Source of the DNA: Carcharhinus amblyrhynchos
Lineage: Eukaryota
NCBI GenBank assembly: GCA_965287045.1
Contig: OZ336871.1
Location: 54,126,001-54,190,000 of the forward strand
Length of the DNA stretch: 64,000 bases
Direction of reading: 5' to 3'
Of the stretch, positions 1-11,584 are shown piece by piece. Numbering within the stretch: position 1 is the first letter of the stretch; every line of letters starts with the position of its first letter. The position numbers and the translations under genes were made by a program. Below the pieces are notes generated by a model that was not told the origin of the DNA, did not search any database, and saw nothing but the letters and a program-made list of their open reading frames with translations.

Positions 1-712
1 TGAATGCAATTTCCTCATCTCCTGAACCTATAAAATTGAAATTTCAAAATGTCTGTGAATTACTAGCAATTAAAATATTTGAGAGTAAAAAAAGATAGAA
101 TGCCCTTTAATAGAGCACTATGTTTCTGAAGTTGCAGACCAATTATTTTCACTGATGCCTACCAGCATCCTGCCTGTGCATTCAACTTAACTGTGAACAA
201 AGCATGCCGTTGGTTATACATATAGTTTAAAATCTTCTCATGAACATTACAGCAGCCCAGCACTTACTCAGCCTTTCAATTATCAGAATTAATTTTGCAC
301 TTACTTGGGATATTTCTTTGTTACAAACCAGATATTCCGTGTTGCAATTCCTTTTTAAAAAAAAGTCTATAAACAAACCTCCTCATATTTTTGATGGTTT
401 ATTCAATTAGTTTTATGAAAAACATTAAATGCCTGTTCATCTGTTGACCAAAAAGGCAATCCATAACTTGTATTAAATTTATATTCAAGCAAATTAATGA
501 TACTTCATGGTTTACTTTACTCTGTTTTCTCAAAAGGATTGATTTGTGAACACACTTTGAAGCTGCACATATGCATTCAGTTCACAGATAAAATTCACCT
601 CATTGGTACGTTGTCATAAGGTGTTATTTTCTGACATCAGGTTCTTCAATTGACAGAAGCGCACATCTGAAATTTGGACGATTGCTGCACATCCTTTCAA
701 ATGGAGACGAGA

Positions 713-1028
713 ATGTGGTGTAGCACTGCTGCCTCACAGTGCCAGAGACCCAGGTTTGATTCATGGCTTGGACGCTGTCTGTGTGGAGCTTGCACGTTCT
801 CCCTCTGTCTGCATGGTTTCCCTCTGGATGCTCCAGTTTCTTCCCACAGTCTAAAGATGTGCAGACTCAGTGGATTGGCCATGCTAAATTGCTCTTTAGT
901 ATCAGGGGGACTAGCAAAGGTAAATGCATGGGATTAATGGGGTAAGGCCTGGGTGGATTGTGGTTAGTGCAGACTTAATGGGCCAAATGGCCTCTTCCTG
1001 CACTGCATAATTCTATGATTCTATTCTA
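713..1028 (+). mobile_element. HE1-type tRNA-derived V-SINE with CR1(HER1)-type 3' tail
   Basis: tRNA-like head (tagcactgctgcctcacagtgccagagacccaggtttgattc), V-domain core (ttctccc..gtctgcatgg..ctccagtttcttcccacagtctaaagatgtgc), tail atgggccaaatggcctcttcctgcactg..attctatgattctattcta. Confidence 0.85.
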
Positions 1029-1699
1029 AGTAAGGAGCCAAAGAATCTTCAAAGTAGATTAATTCACCACTTCACAAACTCCTGTTGGTATTTGTGGAAC
1101 CAAACCCAAGCAAGAGTTTGTTCCTTTAAGAGGGGACAAAGCTGGGGAAAACCACTTTAAAACTGAAACACATCAGGTGACATCAACTGGGGAACAGAGC
1201 ACGTAGTTTAGCTGTTACTTTCTCCTCTATAATTTTCATTGTGGCATTGTGTCGAAGTTTGTATTCAAAGAGCAGCAACATGTCATGCATGACCTGAATT
1301 AAGGAACAGAGAAATCCGAAGCAAAGAAACTGGATAGAAAACTATGAGAAACTGCTTAGGATGTATGAAAACAAATCGAGCATTAGCAATCAGCACAATC
1401 AATGAATAAAAGATGAACCAAATACATCACTGCAAATATCTTTTGAAAACCCTTTCAGTTACTACGTTGTTTTTTTTGCCATCTTAAGCATTTACAACAG
1501 GAGATGAAATTGACTGCTCAAAAGAAGCCTAAAAATGGCTTATCAGAAAATGATTAAATTTGATTACGCAATAGCATTTTCTGTTTGCATTGGAAAGACA
1601 GTCATCATTGTTAGCTCTCTGCTACAAATTCTGTTCCCTAGACACTGATTCCATTGCCTCCATAGCCACCATCTGAGGCTGAAAATGACAATTTACAAC

Positions 1700-1935
1700 C
1701 TCAACTTTGAGCATTTCTAAGCATTCAATCTATGCCACTCCATCACCTCGGTAATATCAAGCCTGCTTCTGCCCATTTGCCTGCTGAAATTCTAATCCAT
1801 AATTTTGTTAGCTCCAAACTCAATTATTTCAATATTCCCCTGGCCAATCGACCATCCGACATGCTCAGTAAATATAATTCAAAACTCTGTGCCCTGCGTT
1901 TTGACTCACACGTTATTCACCTAACATATCACAAA
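1700..1935 (+). mobile_element. L2 LINE ORF2 C-terminal remnant
   Basis: Translation AEILIHNFVSSKLNYFNIPLANRP resembles the L2 motif AETLIHAFVTSRLDYSNALLAGLP. Confidence 0.7.
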
Positions 1936-2538
1936 TGTTGGGGAATACAGGGTGTAGTGAGAGGGAGGAATTGAAAGAAGTCAGTATTAGTACAGAAATG
2001 GGGGCTATTCCCACCCATTGTTTGGGCAAGCTGAATGGAGTGCGTCCCAGAGACTCTGAGCATCAGAGGGAACAATCAGGATCTTAACTGCACAGTGGCC
2101 GGAATTCCTTGCCATCTCTGGGTGGAATTCTCAGCTGCTGAGAGCTGCCAGCCAATCAGAAACGCACAACTCTATTGAAAGGTGGCACCACTGGGGGAGT
2201 GGTGCTGCTGCTGGTATGACCCCCACCCAAGTCCTAGTATTGTTGCGAGATTCCAGGGCACAGGTGAGTGATGGACGGAAGGGATTGTCAGCAAGGGTAG
2301 AGGGTGGTTTTGAAGAGGCAGTCCCCTTCCTGATGTCAAGTCCATCAATCAGGCTCTATGCACCTTCGAACGAGGGGAATGCCCCACAGGAACATGCATG
2401 CAACCCCACACAGGTTTGCTTTCGCAGTCCCTGCATGGCGAGCCCACCACCTGGTTAAAAGCAGCAGTGGCAGAATGAGGTCCTTGGGTGAAAGATCTCA
2501 ATAGTGGCAGCACAGCAGGGCTGTCCACAAGCCTTTTG

Positions 2539-2733
2539 TGTGGAAATGCCGACATTGGTCTGGGGTGGGCACAGTAAGAGGTCTCACTACACCAGATTAA
2601 AGTCCAACAAGTTTATTTGGAATCACAAACTTTCAGAGTGCTCACCTGATGAAGGAGCAGCAGTCCAAAAGCTCGTGATTCCAAATAAACCTGTTGGACC
2701 GTAAACTGTATAGTGAGATGTTTTACTGTGCAC
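2539..2733. mobile_element. Palindromic (inverted) pair of Penelope-like element 3' ends with degenerate hammerhead core
   Basis: Left arm gcacagtaagagg..gtccaacaagtttatttggaatcac pairs with right arm gtgattccaaataaacctgttggac..ttactgtgc; central cacctgatgaaggagcagc; same family as 18422 and 29978. Confidence 0.8.
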
Positions 2734-4129
2734 AAGCCTTTCCATCATGGTTTTAATCAGGGTGGAGGCAGGGAGGTGGCTGAATCCCCTCCTGCCAGCA
2801 GCTACCCTTCTGCCAGAGACATGGTACTGGCAGATGGGGAAACGAGAGGTCAGAAAAACCAGAAGGATAAATGGGAAAGGTGTAGACAACATAAAATCGG
2901 GCACCGTTCACCTTTTAAGCTGAAAATCTATACCTTTGCAGAGAATCTTCCAGTATTTAACACTGTCATCAGAAATAAGAATTTTCTTTTAAAAATTATA
3001 AACTTAATTATGGTCATTGGCTTGCTTATATCATAAATGCAACTTAATTTAGTTTCCAAGAGGTATTTGTCTGAAGCCATTCGCAGCCACATTACCATTA
3101 GGAGATATAACTCTAAACTAGAGGGTGCCTCTCCCCATGTGCACCTGCATGTACTACCTCTCATGATGTAAGAATAACAGCATTGTTGATTCATGGAATG
3201 TGTCTCCCCTCTCACCTACTGTGGAAACTATTTTCAGGGTTTTGGGTGTAATGGCAATGAGCTTGTTTTTAGCCATAAAATAAACAAATGTTAAATGTTA
3301 CCACCAAGAAGAATGATACAAAATAGTAACCACAGCTCATAAAATAGCAGATTGTGGAAATACGTTATCGATATTTTGGTTTAGAGAGAGGCTGTGAAGA
3401 AAAGTTCTGAATCTGAAGTGTTTAACCCTACAAAAAGAACACCAAAAACTATTGCAGGGATATCCGGTATAAAAAGCAAAGATGCAGATAGTAAAAACAA
3501 TACATTTTGTTTATTACTTTATGTTCACAATAAAAAGCAATGTTAAGAAATAGCTGTTTCACCCATATTACATGCAGAGATATATTTCAGAAATGAAGAT
3601 GATTTATGGAACTGCCTGCAACGCAATGAAAATATTGTCCTGCAGGAACCATCCAAAATGTCTCTGGGCAGTTAAGTGTTTCTCTTTTTCCCTTGGAAAT
3701 AGTGCCCTTCCCCCAACACAGCACCCACTGTCATAACGGGCCCGTGTCTCACTGCAAGCAGCCCAGAAAATATTGAGTATTGCATGTGACTCTGACAGAC
3801 TTCTGTTCCATTTCTTCTAGTAGAATCTGTTCTATATCTGATGCAGAAAAAAAATCGTAGAACTAATAAGCTGGGATAACAGTTGAGCAAGACAGTGTAA
3901 TGAGATGCGAAAATATTTCAAAGGTGTTTTAAACAGGAAATTATCAAGTGTCTGTAATGCACTACATTCTAGCTTTTAATAGTTTTGGCATGTTCCCAAA
4001 AACAAAACCAAACAACGAGCTAGGTTAGCAGAATGGTTTCCTCAAAATTCAAACTGGACATATTGATGGCACTGTAAGCCAGGCACATTGATCAGAAAGA
4101 TCACAAATCAACTGCTTACCTGTGCTGAA

Positions 4130-4400
4130 ATAATTGATCTCAAATGGAATGTTTCAATGATCCAGCATGATCCAAGAGTTTGGGAACTCAGTCAGAATTT
4201 TTGCAGTCTAAGTGATTTATTGTGTGTGCAGGGATGTGTGTGTACATGTGTATATACATCAGGTGAGGCGAGGGCTGGATTGAGCTGTGATGTCAAACAG
4301 CCTCACAATACTCACCATCCAGGCTCACACATGAATAATGATCACTTGTGTAAGGTACCGAGAGGTTGCTTATAATTATGAAACTTTAGCGCCAGATCCA
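4130..4400 (+). mobile_element. Fragment of an old interspersed SINE-like family
   Basis: ggctcacacatgaataatgatcactt motif recurs at ~23950 (ggctcgcacataaggaatgatcactt); related text at 7350-7480 and 40500-40560. Confidence 0.5.
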
Positions 4401-4741
4401 TCATTGCTTTTCAGAGAAAAGGGAAACAAAGTGAAATAGGAATTTAATCGCTTCTTCCAAATATACGATGTTGGGATTAAGTACCAGTACGCAAGAGAAT
4501 CAGTAATAAGACAATGTATAGATGTTTAATGCGAGATGTAGATGTACATCAGAATGGAAATAAGAACACGCATCACGTATCCAATCGGGTTGAAAATGTT
4601 CATTGTATGCCAAATCTGTTGAAAACATTATGGCCTGGATGTTGTAGCCAGCAGTGTTGAAAGGTGTTTGTTGTTCAGTATGCCAGCAGCTACATACAGA
4701 CTTCTTACAAATTTTTGAGAACCAACTTATGGCCACGAATT

Positions 4742-4853
4742 GCTGAATTTTCCCATCCCACCTGCCATGGGAGTCATAGCAGGCAGGACACGGACCATGC
4801 AAAGGTCTGTTGACCTTGGGGTGAGCGCAGCCGGAAAATCCTGCATTAAGTGT
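4742..4853. mobile_element. Short MITE-like non-autonomous element
   Basis: Imperfect terminal inverted repeats gctgaattttcc / ggaaaatcctgc, GC-rich interior. Confidence 0.5.
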
Positions 4854-4879
4854 CACACCCAGTGTGGCACATTTTACAA

Positions 4880-5460
4880 GAGATCTGTACCATGTGCAAG
4901 CAGGTTAAGAAACAGAGAGGATTTTCCAGCAACTATATTAAGTACCCTCACTGATTTACATAGTGTTAAATCCAGGAAGTATAAAATTTAATTTCAATTT
5001 ATAAACATGTACAGGAAGTCAATTAAGAAAGATAGATTAGGTTAGGAGATAAAAGATAGGAAGCACGAGTCAAAATATTTTTTTTTACAAGATCTGCAAC
5101 TTAAGTTCTGAAGGAATGGGACTCTCAATTTGTAAAATTTAATATTCAGTGCCAGCGAGGTTTGTTAGTAATTATGACTAGCCATGCCATTAAAAAACTT
5201 GGACTCGAATGAACCAGTCCAAACTTTTGTGCCTATGTTTAGTGGGTAACTAGCAGCTTCATCCCTTTACACAGATTACAATGCTGAATACATTAATAAA
5301 GTACTCTTATGACATAGCTTGTGGAGTAGCAGAGTAACTTGGATAGCAACTTCTGGATTTCTGCATTTAACTGTGTACATGTACTCTAAGTTGCAGTCTG
5401 ATTTACTCCATAATAATGGAACGTTAGCACCATATCATTATTCACAATATGACATTTGTG
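4880..5460 (+). mobile_element. Old unclassified interspersed repeat (probably non-autonomous DNA element)
   Basis: Homologous to 55420-55930 (e.g. gcagagtaacttggatagcaacttctggattt vs agtggcacaactcagacacaacttctggacat). Confidence 0.45.
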
Positions 5461-5476
5461 CCACCACGTGAGAGTC

Positions 5477-5670
5477 AATTGCCAAAATCTTGCTGCTGTT
5501 CACGCTGGCATGATCTTACAGTCCACTGAAGGTGCATCCCTGCCACAGGTTTCCCAGCGGCGAGAGAAACCCCGTTGACAACAGCAGGGCTGTAAATCCT
5601 GCTGCTAGCAAGTGGCGTGCTCTCTCCCGCCATCGCAAAGCCTGCCATAGAGAGGGAGAAATATCCCATC
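5477..5670. mobile_element. MITE-like GC-rich element
   Basis: Abrupt GC/CpG-rich island ending ggagaaatatccc, similar termini to other short elements in window. Confidence 0.45.
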
Positions 5671-6989
5671 CAATGAGTTTGTAAAATAATTTCTGGAGGA
5701 ACAGCCACAATTCAATCTCGAGTGTATCCGAAAAGCCCCCAATTTTTCCCAACATTTTTGGCATTGTGTATTCAAACAGTTAACGTAATGTGACTTGCAA
5801 TATTATGAGCCTGCATTCAGCTAACAGACATTCTTTCAGATCAAACTACTCTTTGCAAATCTGAGCTCATTTTCCACATTTAGAGTTATTTGATATTTCT
5901 GGTAGAAGCTACTTAATGGGAATTATAGTTACTAATACAATCAAAAATTTATCAATCTATTTCACAGATTCATCATTTTATATTTAACAGAAGCTTATGG
6001 TCTGTTAACAATATAAAGTGACTGGTACTAATGTTTCTTCTGAGCACCGTACTGAAGTAAAGAGAAACAGATGGTTAGTTAATCATTAGGCACCAACTGT
6101 TCAGAAAGAAGTTTCTTGCATGAATAATCAATTATTTCCTCAAAAAAAACTATTCAGCAGTGTATCTACCTCGTTATTCAGCTTGTGCCTAATTTAAAAA
6201 AAACACAACCGAGCCACATGTTTCTCCCAAACTAACCTTTGATCGTTGTTCACTTTCAAGCTCCAAAAAAGCTCAATACGACTTTCATATAGGAGGGTGT
6301 TGCACACTAGCTGCCCATCAATCTTACTACTTCAAGCAATCGAGACTTTTGTTAGGGTTGGGGTGTAAGGAGAGAGGGTCCTTCCATTGGCCATTGTAAG
6401 ATTCCACTTGACCATTGATAACAGCTTTATGCATTGACCTTCAACCTGCCTCAAAATAAAACAATAATCAAACATTTTGCTTAGGTTTTAAGGGCCACCA
6501 AACTCCAAATTACTTTACACAATTATATCAAGACTAATATACAGAATGACTGGCATTATGCATCAACACCCAACTATAAATCTAAAAATAAGTACCAGTG
6601 GCTTGTTTTCATGAGCTATTTGGAGATACCACAGCTAGTCAATACCAGATTTGGCCAGGACCCAGGATTCCGTTTTCCAATAACATTTAGCTTACAATTT
6701 GAAAATGCAGTCAAATAGATAATGCAACTCTATAATTAGCAGGCCAAGGGTTGTAAGATTTTAATGTGCATGTTATGCTGTACAGAAAGAGGAATGTTTG
6801 TTCTATACGCAAATTTTATTTTCAGGAAGCAATTTGTAGAACTAGAAAAAGATTAAAAACAACAAATGAATTCACTTGAGAATTTGATATATATTGTTCT
6901 TGTCTCTTAAATCAAATTGTTATACAATCTTATCCAATTATATATGTAAAGCGATTGATATTACCAGAACTATTAGAGAAGAAAAATAT

Positions 6990-7480
6990 AGAAATTGAGT
7001 CAATTACTCTCCGCTATCCTTTCACTTCTGGATCAAGGCTTTAAATCCAGCCCATTCACCCATTGTAGGTGCACAAATAATTAGAATTTGTATGCCGAAA
7101 ACAATCATTTGGCTTTTATTGCATACATGTCACAAAAAAGAGCATTAATTATACTAGGGTTGACCCTCAAGGTTTATATTAAGATTTTTTTTTGTATCTG
7201 ACTCCACAAGCTCATTTATTTCTTTAAAAGGCAAGTCTGCACAAAATTAGCAGATTTGATCTGTGGCAGCAATAGGAACACATCAACTGGCTTCACTACT
7301 CCTCAGCTCGGGGGCCAGTATATTAATGAAAACTAGAGCATTGTTTTGGTTCCTGATTGCTACTAGTAACTTCTGCTGGAAGTCTGTGGAACAGTTGGAT
7401 GAGGACAAGATTGGTCTCAGCAGTCATGAGTCCACTGTCAAAAAGCCTGAAGACACTAACTATCAAGGACCACGTGTATA
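6990..7480 (+). mobile_element. Old tRNA-headed SINE-like element, interrupted by Penelope insertion (appears to resume ~8425-8530)
   Basis: Head cctttcacttctggatcaaggctttaaatccagccc (B-box-like), body cctgattgctactagtaacttctgctggaa..gatgaggacaagattgg shared with 4130-4400, 23860-24060, 40500. Confidence 0.5.
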
Positions 7481-7481
7481 G

Positions 7482-8422
7482 GTAAAAAATTACTGTGGCT
7501 GCTGGAATCTGAAACCAAAAGAGAAAATGATGGAAAATCCCAGCAAGTCTGGCAGCATCTTCAAAGACAGAAAAGAGCTGGCGTTTCAAGTCCAGATCAC
7601 CCTTTGTCAAAGCTAAGAGGCATAGAAAGTGGGAGATATTTATACTCTAGGGTGAACAAAAGAGAAGTCAGCCACAAAAACAAGGGCGGCACAGTGGTTA
7701 ACACTGCTGCCTCACAGCACCAGGGACCCAGGTTCGCACTCCTGGCTTGGGTCACGTTCTCCCTATGTCTGCATGGGTTTCCTCTTGGTGCTCCAGTTTC
7801 CTCCCACAATTTGAAAGATGTGTTGGTTAGGTGCATTGAACTGAACAAGCACCGGAGTGTGCTGACTAGGGGAATTTCACAGTAACTTCATTGCAGTATT
7901 AATGTCAGCCTTACTTGTGACTAATAAATAAACTTTGAAGGGGTAAGGTTGCTAATGGCAGTCCAGAGAGTAGAAGGTGTGAAAGGCGAAACAGCAAAGA
8001 AACTGAAATCAGAGGGTAAGCTGTGACAGATGAAGATGTGGAGGGAGGGTGAGATGGGGGAAAAAGGTTGGGAGAGGGGAAAAATTGAGAAAAGGGAGGA
8101 AAGGGGAAGCAAAGGGGGAGAAGAGGCAAGGAAAAATGGGATAAAAGAGGGAGGAGTGGCAGGGAAAAAGAAAATAAAAATAAAGATAGATAATAAAGAA
8201 ATCAAAACTACAGAAGTTAAAAATTAAATAAAACGAAAACAAAGGGGTTGAGATGGGGTAGAGTTAACCATCTGAAGTTGTTGAATGTGATGTTGAGACC
8301 AGGAGGCTATAAAGTTCCCAGCTGGAAGACGAGATGCTGTTCCTCCAGTTTGCATTGAACTTCACTGGAACTTTGCAGCAAGCCAAGGACAGACATGTGG
8401 GCATGGGAACAGGATCATGTGT
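7482..8422 (-). mobile_element. Penelope-like retroelement 3' fragment (GIY-YIG C-terminus + pyrimidine-rich 3' UTR)
   Basis: Minus strand 8270-8410 reads HAHMSVLGLLQSSSEVQCKLEEQHLVFQLGTL*PPGLNITFNNFR, typical Penelope endonuclease C-terminus; terminal text gatgctgccagacttgctgggattttcc; decayed hammerhead-like motif ~7578-7613. Confidence 0.8.
7684..7937 (+). mobile_element. HE1-like V-SINE with alternative (non-CR1) 3' tail, nested in Penelope fragment
   Basis: gggcggcacagtggttaacactgctgcctcacagc head, V-domain, tail taggggaatttcacagtaacttcattgcagtattaatgt..ttgtgactaataaataaac. Confidence 0.85.
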
Positions 8423-8740
8423 TATGTATCAGTAATGTCACCCTGTCAAATTACCAAAGCGATAGGAGCACTTGGAATTGCATCCCAACAAAATGTGAAC
8501 ACATTCAACATGGTGGTTAGGAGGAGAAATAACCTTTGATTCTGTACTGTGGTAAATCAGAAATCTTCAGTCAGGTCTACAAAGAGATATTGTAGGTCTG
8601 AAAGGAAGACAAGAACTTTGCAATCTAGGAACTTTTTTCTAAGAACCCAATTCAAGTAATTTATTAATTCACCATTGATTCATAAATAGAAACAGCATGC
8701 AGATGAGTAGGTAAATGGCGACATGAACACAAATGCATAT

Positions 8741-9199
8741 AAGAACATAAGAAATAGGAGCAGGAGTAGGCCATCTAGCCCTTCGAGCCTGCCCTGCCAT
8801 TCAATAAGATCATGGCTGATCTGAAGTGGATCAGTTCCACTTTCCTGCTTTCTCCCCATAACCCTTAATTCCCTTGTCTGTCAAAAACCTATCTACCCAT
8901 GACTTAAATATATTTACTGAGGTAGCCTCCACCACTTCAACGGGCAGAGAATTCCAGAGATTCACCACCCTTTGAGTGAAGAAGTTCCTCCTCAACTCCG
9001 ATCTAAACTGCTCCCCCCCCCCTCATCTTGAGGCTGTGTCCTCTAGTCCTGCTATCCTTTCTAAGCGGGAAGAATCTCTCTATCTCTACCCTATCCATCC
9101 CTTTCATTATCTTATATGTCTCTATAAGATCCCCCCTCATCCTTCTAAACTCCAACGAGTACAGACCAGTCTATTTAGTGTCTCTTCGTAGTCCAACCT
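8741..9199 (-). mobile_element. Young 5'-truncated CR1 LINE 3' end
   Basis: Reverse complement gives YEERLNRLVCTRWSLEG..ELRRNFFTQRVVNLWNSLP-like text and a 3' UTR nearly identical to that of the 54016-55207 copy, ending (ttcttatg) repeats. Confidence 0.9.
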
Positions 9200-9618
9200 G
9201 ATATTAGCAAATGAAGTAAGAACAAATTATCTAAGAACAAAAAAGTCATTTTCATTTATATCCAGTGATACCCATTATCCTTAATGATTTTTCCATTTTC
9301 TTCAAAAGAGTTTACAGGGACAATGGAGTTTCGATATTTTTCTTCCTTGTTCAGCACATAGAAGAATGAATCATTCAGAAGTGATGGTTTGGAGTTATTA
9401 CCAAGATCATATCAATGGCCAAAGTCTGCCCAGACACAAGATAATCAAGTGTCTTGTGGACCAAAAAGTTTCAAAGCAATGTTTTCAGTAGAAAAAAGCA
9501 AGGGCTACATCTTCAAAAATTGTCTTAGCTACTAACAGCAGCAGCAAGGACTTACAATTTTTTTTTTGCCTTTTCTTCTTGAATCTTTATTTGGCCAAAA
9601 GTTAGCCTTCTCTACTTT

Positions 9619-9808
9619 AGAATCCCTACAGTTCAGATGACAGCCATTCGGCCCATCGAATCTGAACCAACTCTCCAAATGAGAATCTCCCTCCCTATTC
9701 CCGTAACTCCACTCATTTACCATGGCTAATCTACCCAACCCATACATCTTTAGGCACTAAAAGGCAGTTTAGCATGGTCGATCCACCTAACCTGCACATC
9801 TTTGGACT
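9619..9808 (-). mobile_element. HE1-type SINE 3' half
   Basis: Reverse complement agtccaaagatgtgcaggttaggtggat..gatgggccgaatggc..ctgtagggattcta. Confidence 0.8.
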
Positions 9809-10026
9809 TACTTTATAACTTGCAATTTTGAACGTGTGTTCCAATGTTGTTTACTTAATTCAATATTTTAATATCTTTACTTGGGTGGGTTTTTAACATA
9901 ATAAAAATTAACTTCTTCTTTGTTTAACCTCAAGAAAGCTGTCTGACTGAGTTCTTTACAATCAGCACATAAGCAGTTAAGTACATTCATCCTTGTAAAT
10001 AAAATAAGCCTGTTAGAATCAAGTTA

Positions 10027-10787
10027 AGTACAGGAAAGAGGTAGAGAATCTGGTGAACTGGTGCGACGACAATAATTTCTCCCTCAATGTCAGTAAAACG
10101 AAGGAGATAGCCATCGGCTTCAGGAAGCGTAGGGGAGGGCATGCCCCTGTCTACATCAATGGGACAGAGTAGAAATGGTCAAGAGCTTCAAGTTTTTAGG
10201 TATCCAGATCACCAACCTGTCCTGGTCTCTCCATGGCGATGCTATCGTTAAGAAAGCCCACCAACGCCTCTAATTTCTCAGGAGACTAAGGAAACTTGGC
10301 ATGTCCGCTACAATTCTCACCAACTTCTACAGATGCACTACAGAAAACATTCCTTCTGGTATGGCTCCTGCTCTGCCCAAATCCGCAATAAACTACAAAG
10401 GGTTGTGAACGAAACCCAATCCATCACTCAAACCAGTCTCCCATCCATTGGCACTGTCTACAGTTCCCGCTGCATCGGAAAAGCAGCCAGCATAATCAAG
10501 GACCTCATGCACCCTGGACTTACTCTCTTCCGTTGGAAAAAGATACAAAAGTCTGAGATTGTGTACCAACTCAAAAACGGCTTATTTCCTGCTGCCATCA
10601 GCCTTTTGAATGGACCTATCGCATATCAAGTTCATCTTTCTCTACACTCTAGGTATGACTGTAACACTACATTCTACACTCTTTCCTTTCCTTCCCTCTG
10701 TACAGTATGCTTTGTCTGTGTAGACCGCAACAGACAATGTTTTTCTCTGTATACTAATACACGTGACAATAATCAATCAAATCAAAG
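10027..10787 (+). mobile_element. Rex1/Babar LINE, 5'-truncated
   Basis: EVENLVNWCDDNNFSLNVSKTKE, KKAHQRL*FLRRLRKLGMS, WYGSCSAQIRNKLQRVV; tail aatcaatcaaatcaaa; same family as 35542 and 45803. Confidence 0.9.
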
Positions 10788-10940
10788 CGGAATCAAGGGG
10801 AAATCCTTGCACCTTTCCTCACCTATAAATAATAACCTGGATCACAAGACTCCCATGAGATGTCAAAATAAATTGGCCTAAAGTTCAGAATTACATTTAA
10901 AAAAATCAGATGATTAAGTCCAGCACATAAGTAATAGAAT

Positions 10941-10946
10941 TTTATT
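10941..10946 (-). terminator. HIBADH: Candidate HIBADH polyadenylation signal AATAAA
   Basis: tttatt on + strand ~480 nt downstream of the stop codon, followed by U-rich sequence on the minus strand. Confidence 0.55.
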
Positions 10947-11425
10947 TCAATTTACAATCTCATATTAATTAAATATTTAAAGAAAATTTAATATATGGCA
11001 ATTATTGTGTAACAGACTCTGACTTATGTATTATCCAGGAAAATTCATAATTTATCAATGCTTAGTGAAGTAATTGGTTGTGAAACTCAAAAAAAAGTTA
11101 ACTTCCTTTCCTCCTTACCTATTTCACCTGTAACAAAGACTGAACCTACATAATATGTAACAGTCTAATTTCTCAAAACTTCTTTTGTCATCTTGCTTGC
11201 AATTCAGTTTCAAAATGCTTCTAATTCCACACAGTTGAATCAGGGACTTCTGGGTGCACAATTATGCAACTTGTTGCTAATCAAACTAGACAGCCTCTCT
11301 GGGACCATGATTTATGGTTATAGAATTATCCTGTCCTTTTCCTTTGTTGGACAACTGAAGTTATTCGAACACTCACTGACACCCTCATAACTATTTCTCA
11401 AGATGCATTTTAATGTTGGTCAAGT

Positions 11426-11584
11426 TTAAACATTCTCCTCTTCACGCAGAAACTGAAACACAGAAGAGAAGTCTTTCAGAGCATAGCCTCGTGCACACAT
11501 CATCCTGTAAATTTGATGAGACAGGGTTCCTAGTAGAGCAGGGGTTTTCGTATTTGTGGCAGTGTTCTGTGCTAACCCCAGGTC
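11426..11584 (-). CDS. HIBADH: 3-hydroxyisobutyrate dehydrogenase, last coding exon (human exon 8 equivalent)
   Basis: Acceptor ttcttccatttAG; DLGLAQNTATNTKTPALLGTLSHQIYRMMCARGYALKDFSSVFQFLREEENV* (159 bp, TAA at 11426-11428); not in the ORF track. Confidence 0.97.
   Translation of the reverse strand, partial: DLGLAQNTATNTKTPALLGTLSHQIYRMMCARGYALKDFSSVFQFLREEENV

Noticed and set aside
7911-8242. Low-complexity P/F/S- and K/E/G-rich ORFs
   Set aside because: Purine/pyrimidine-biased 3' UTR of a Penelope-like element
10333-10881. 182-aa ORF
   Set aside because: Frameshifted Rex1 sequence running into UTR and flank
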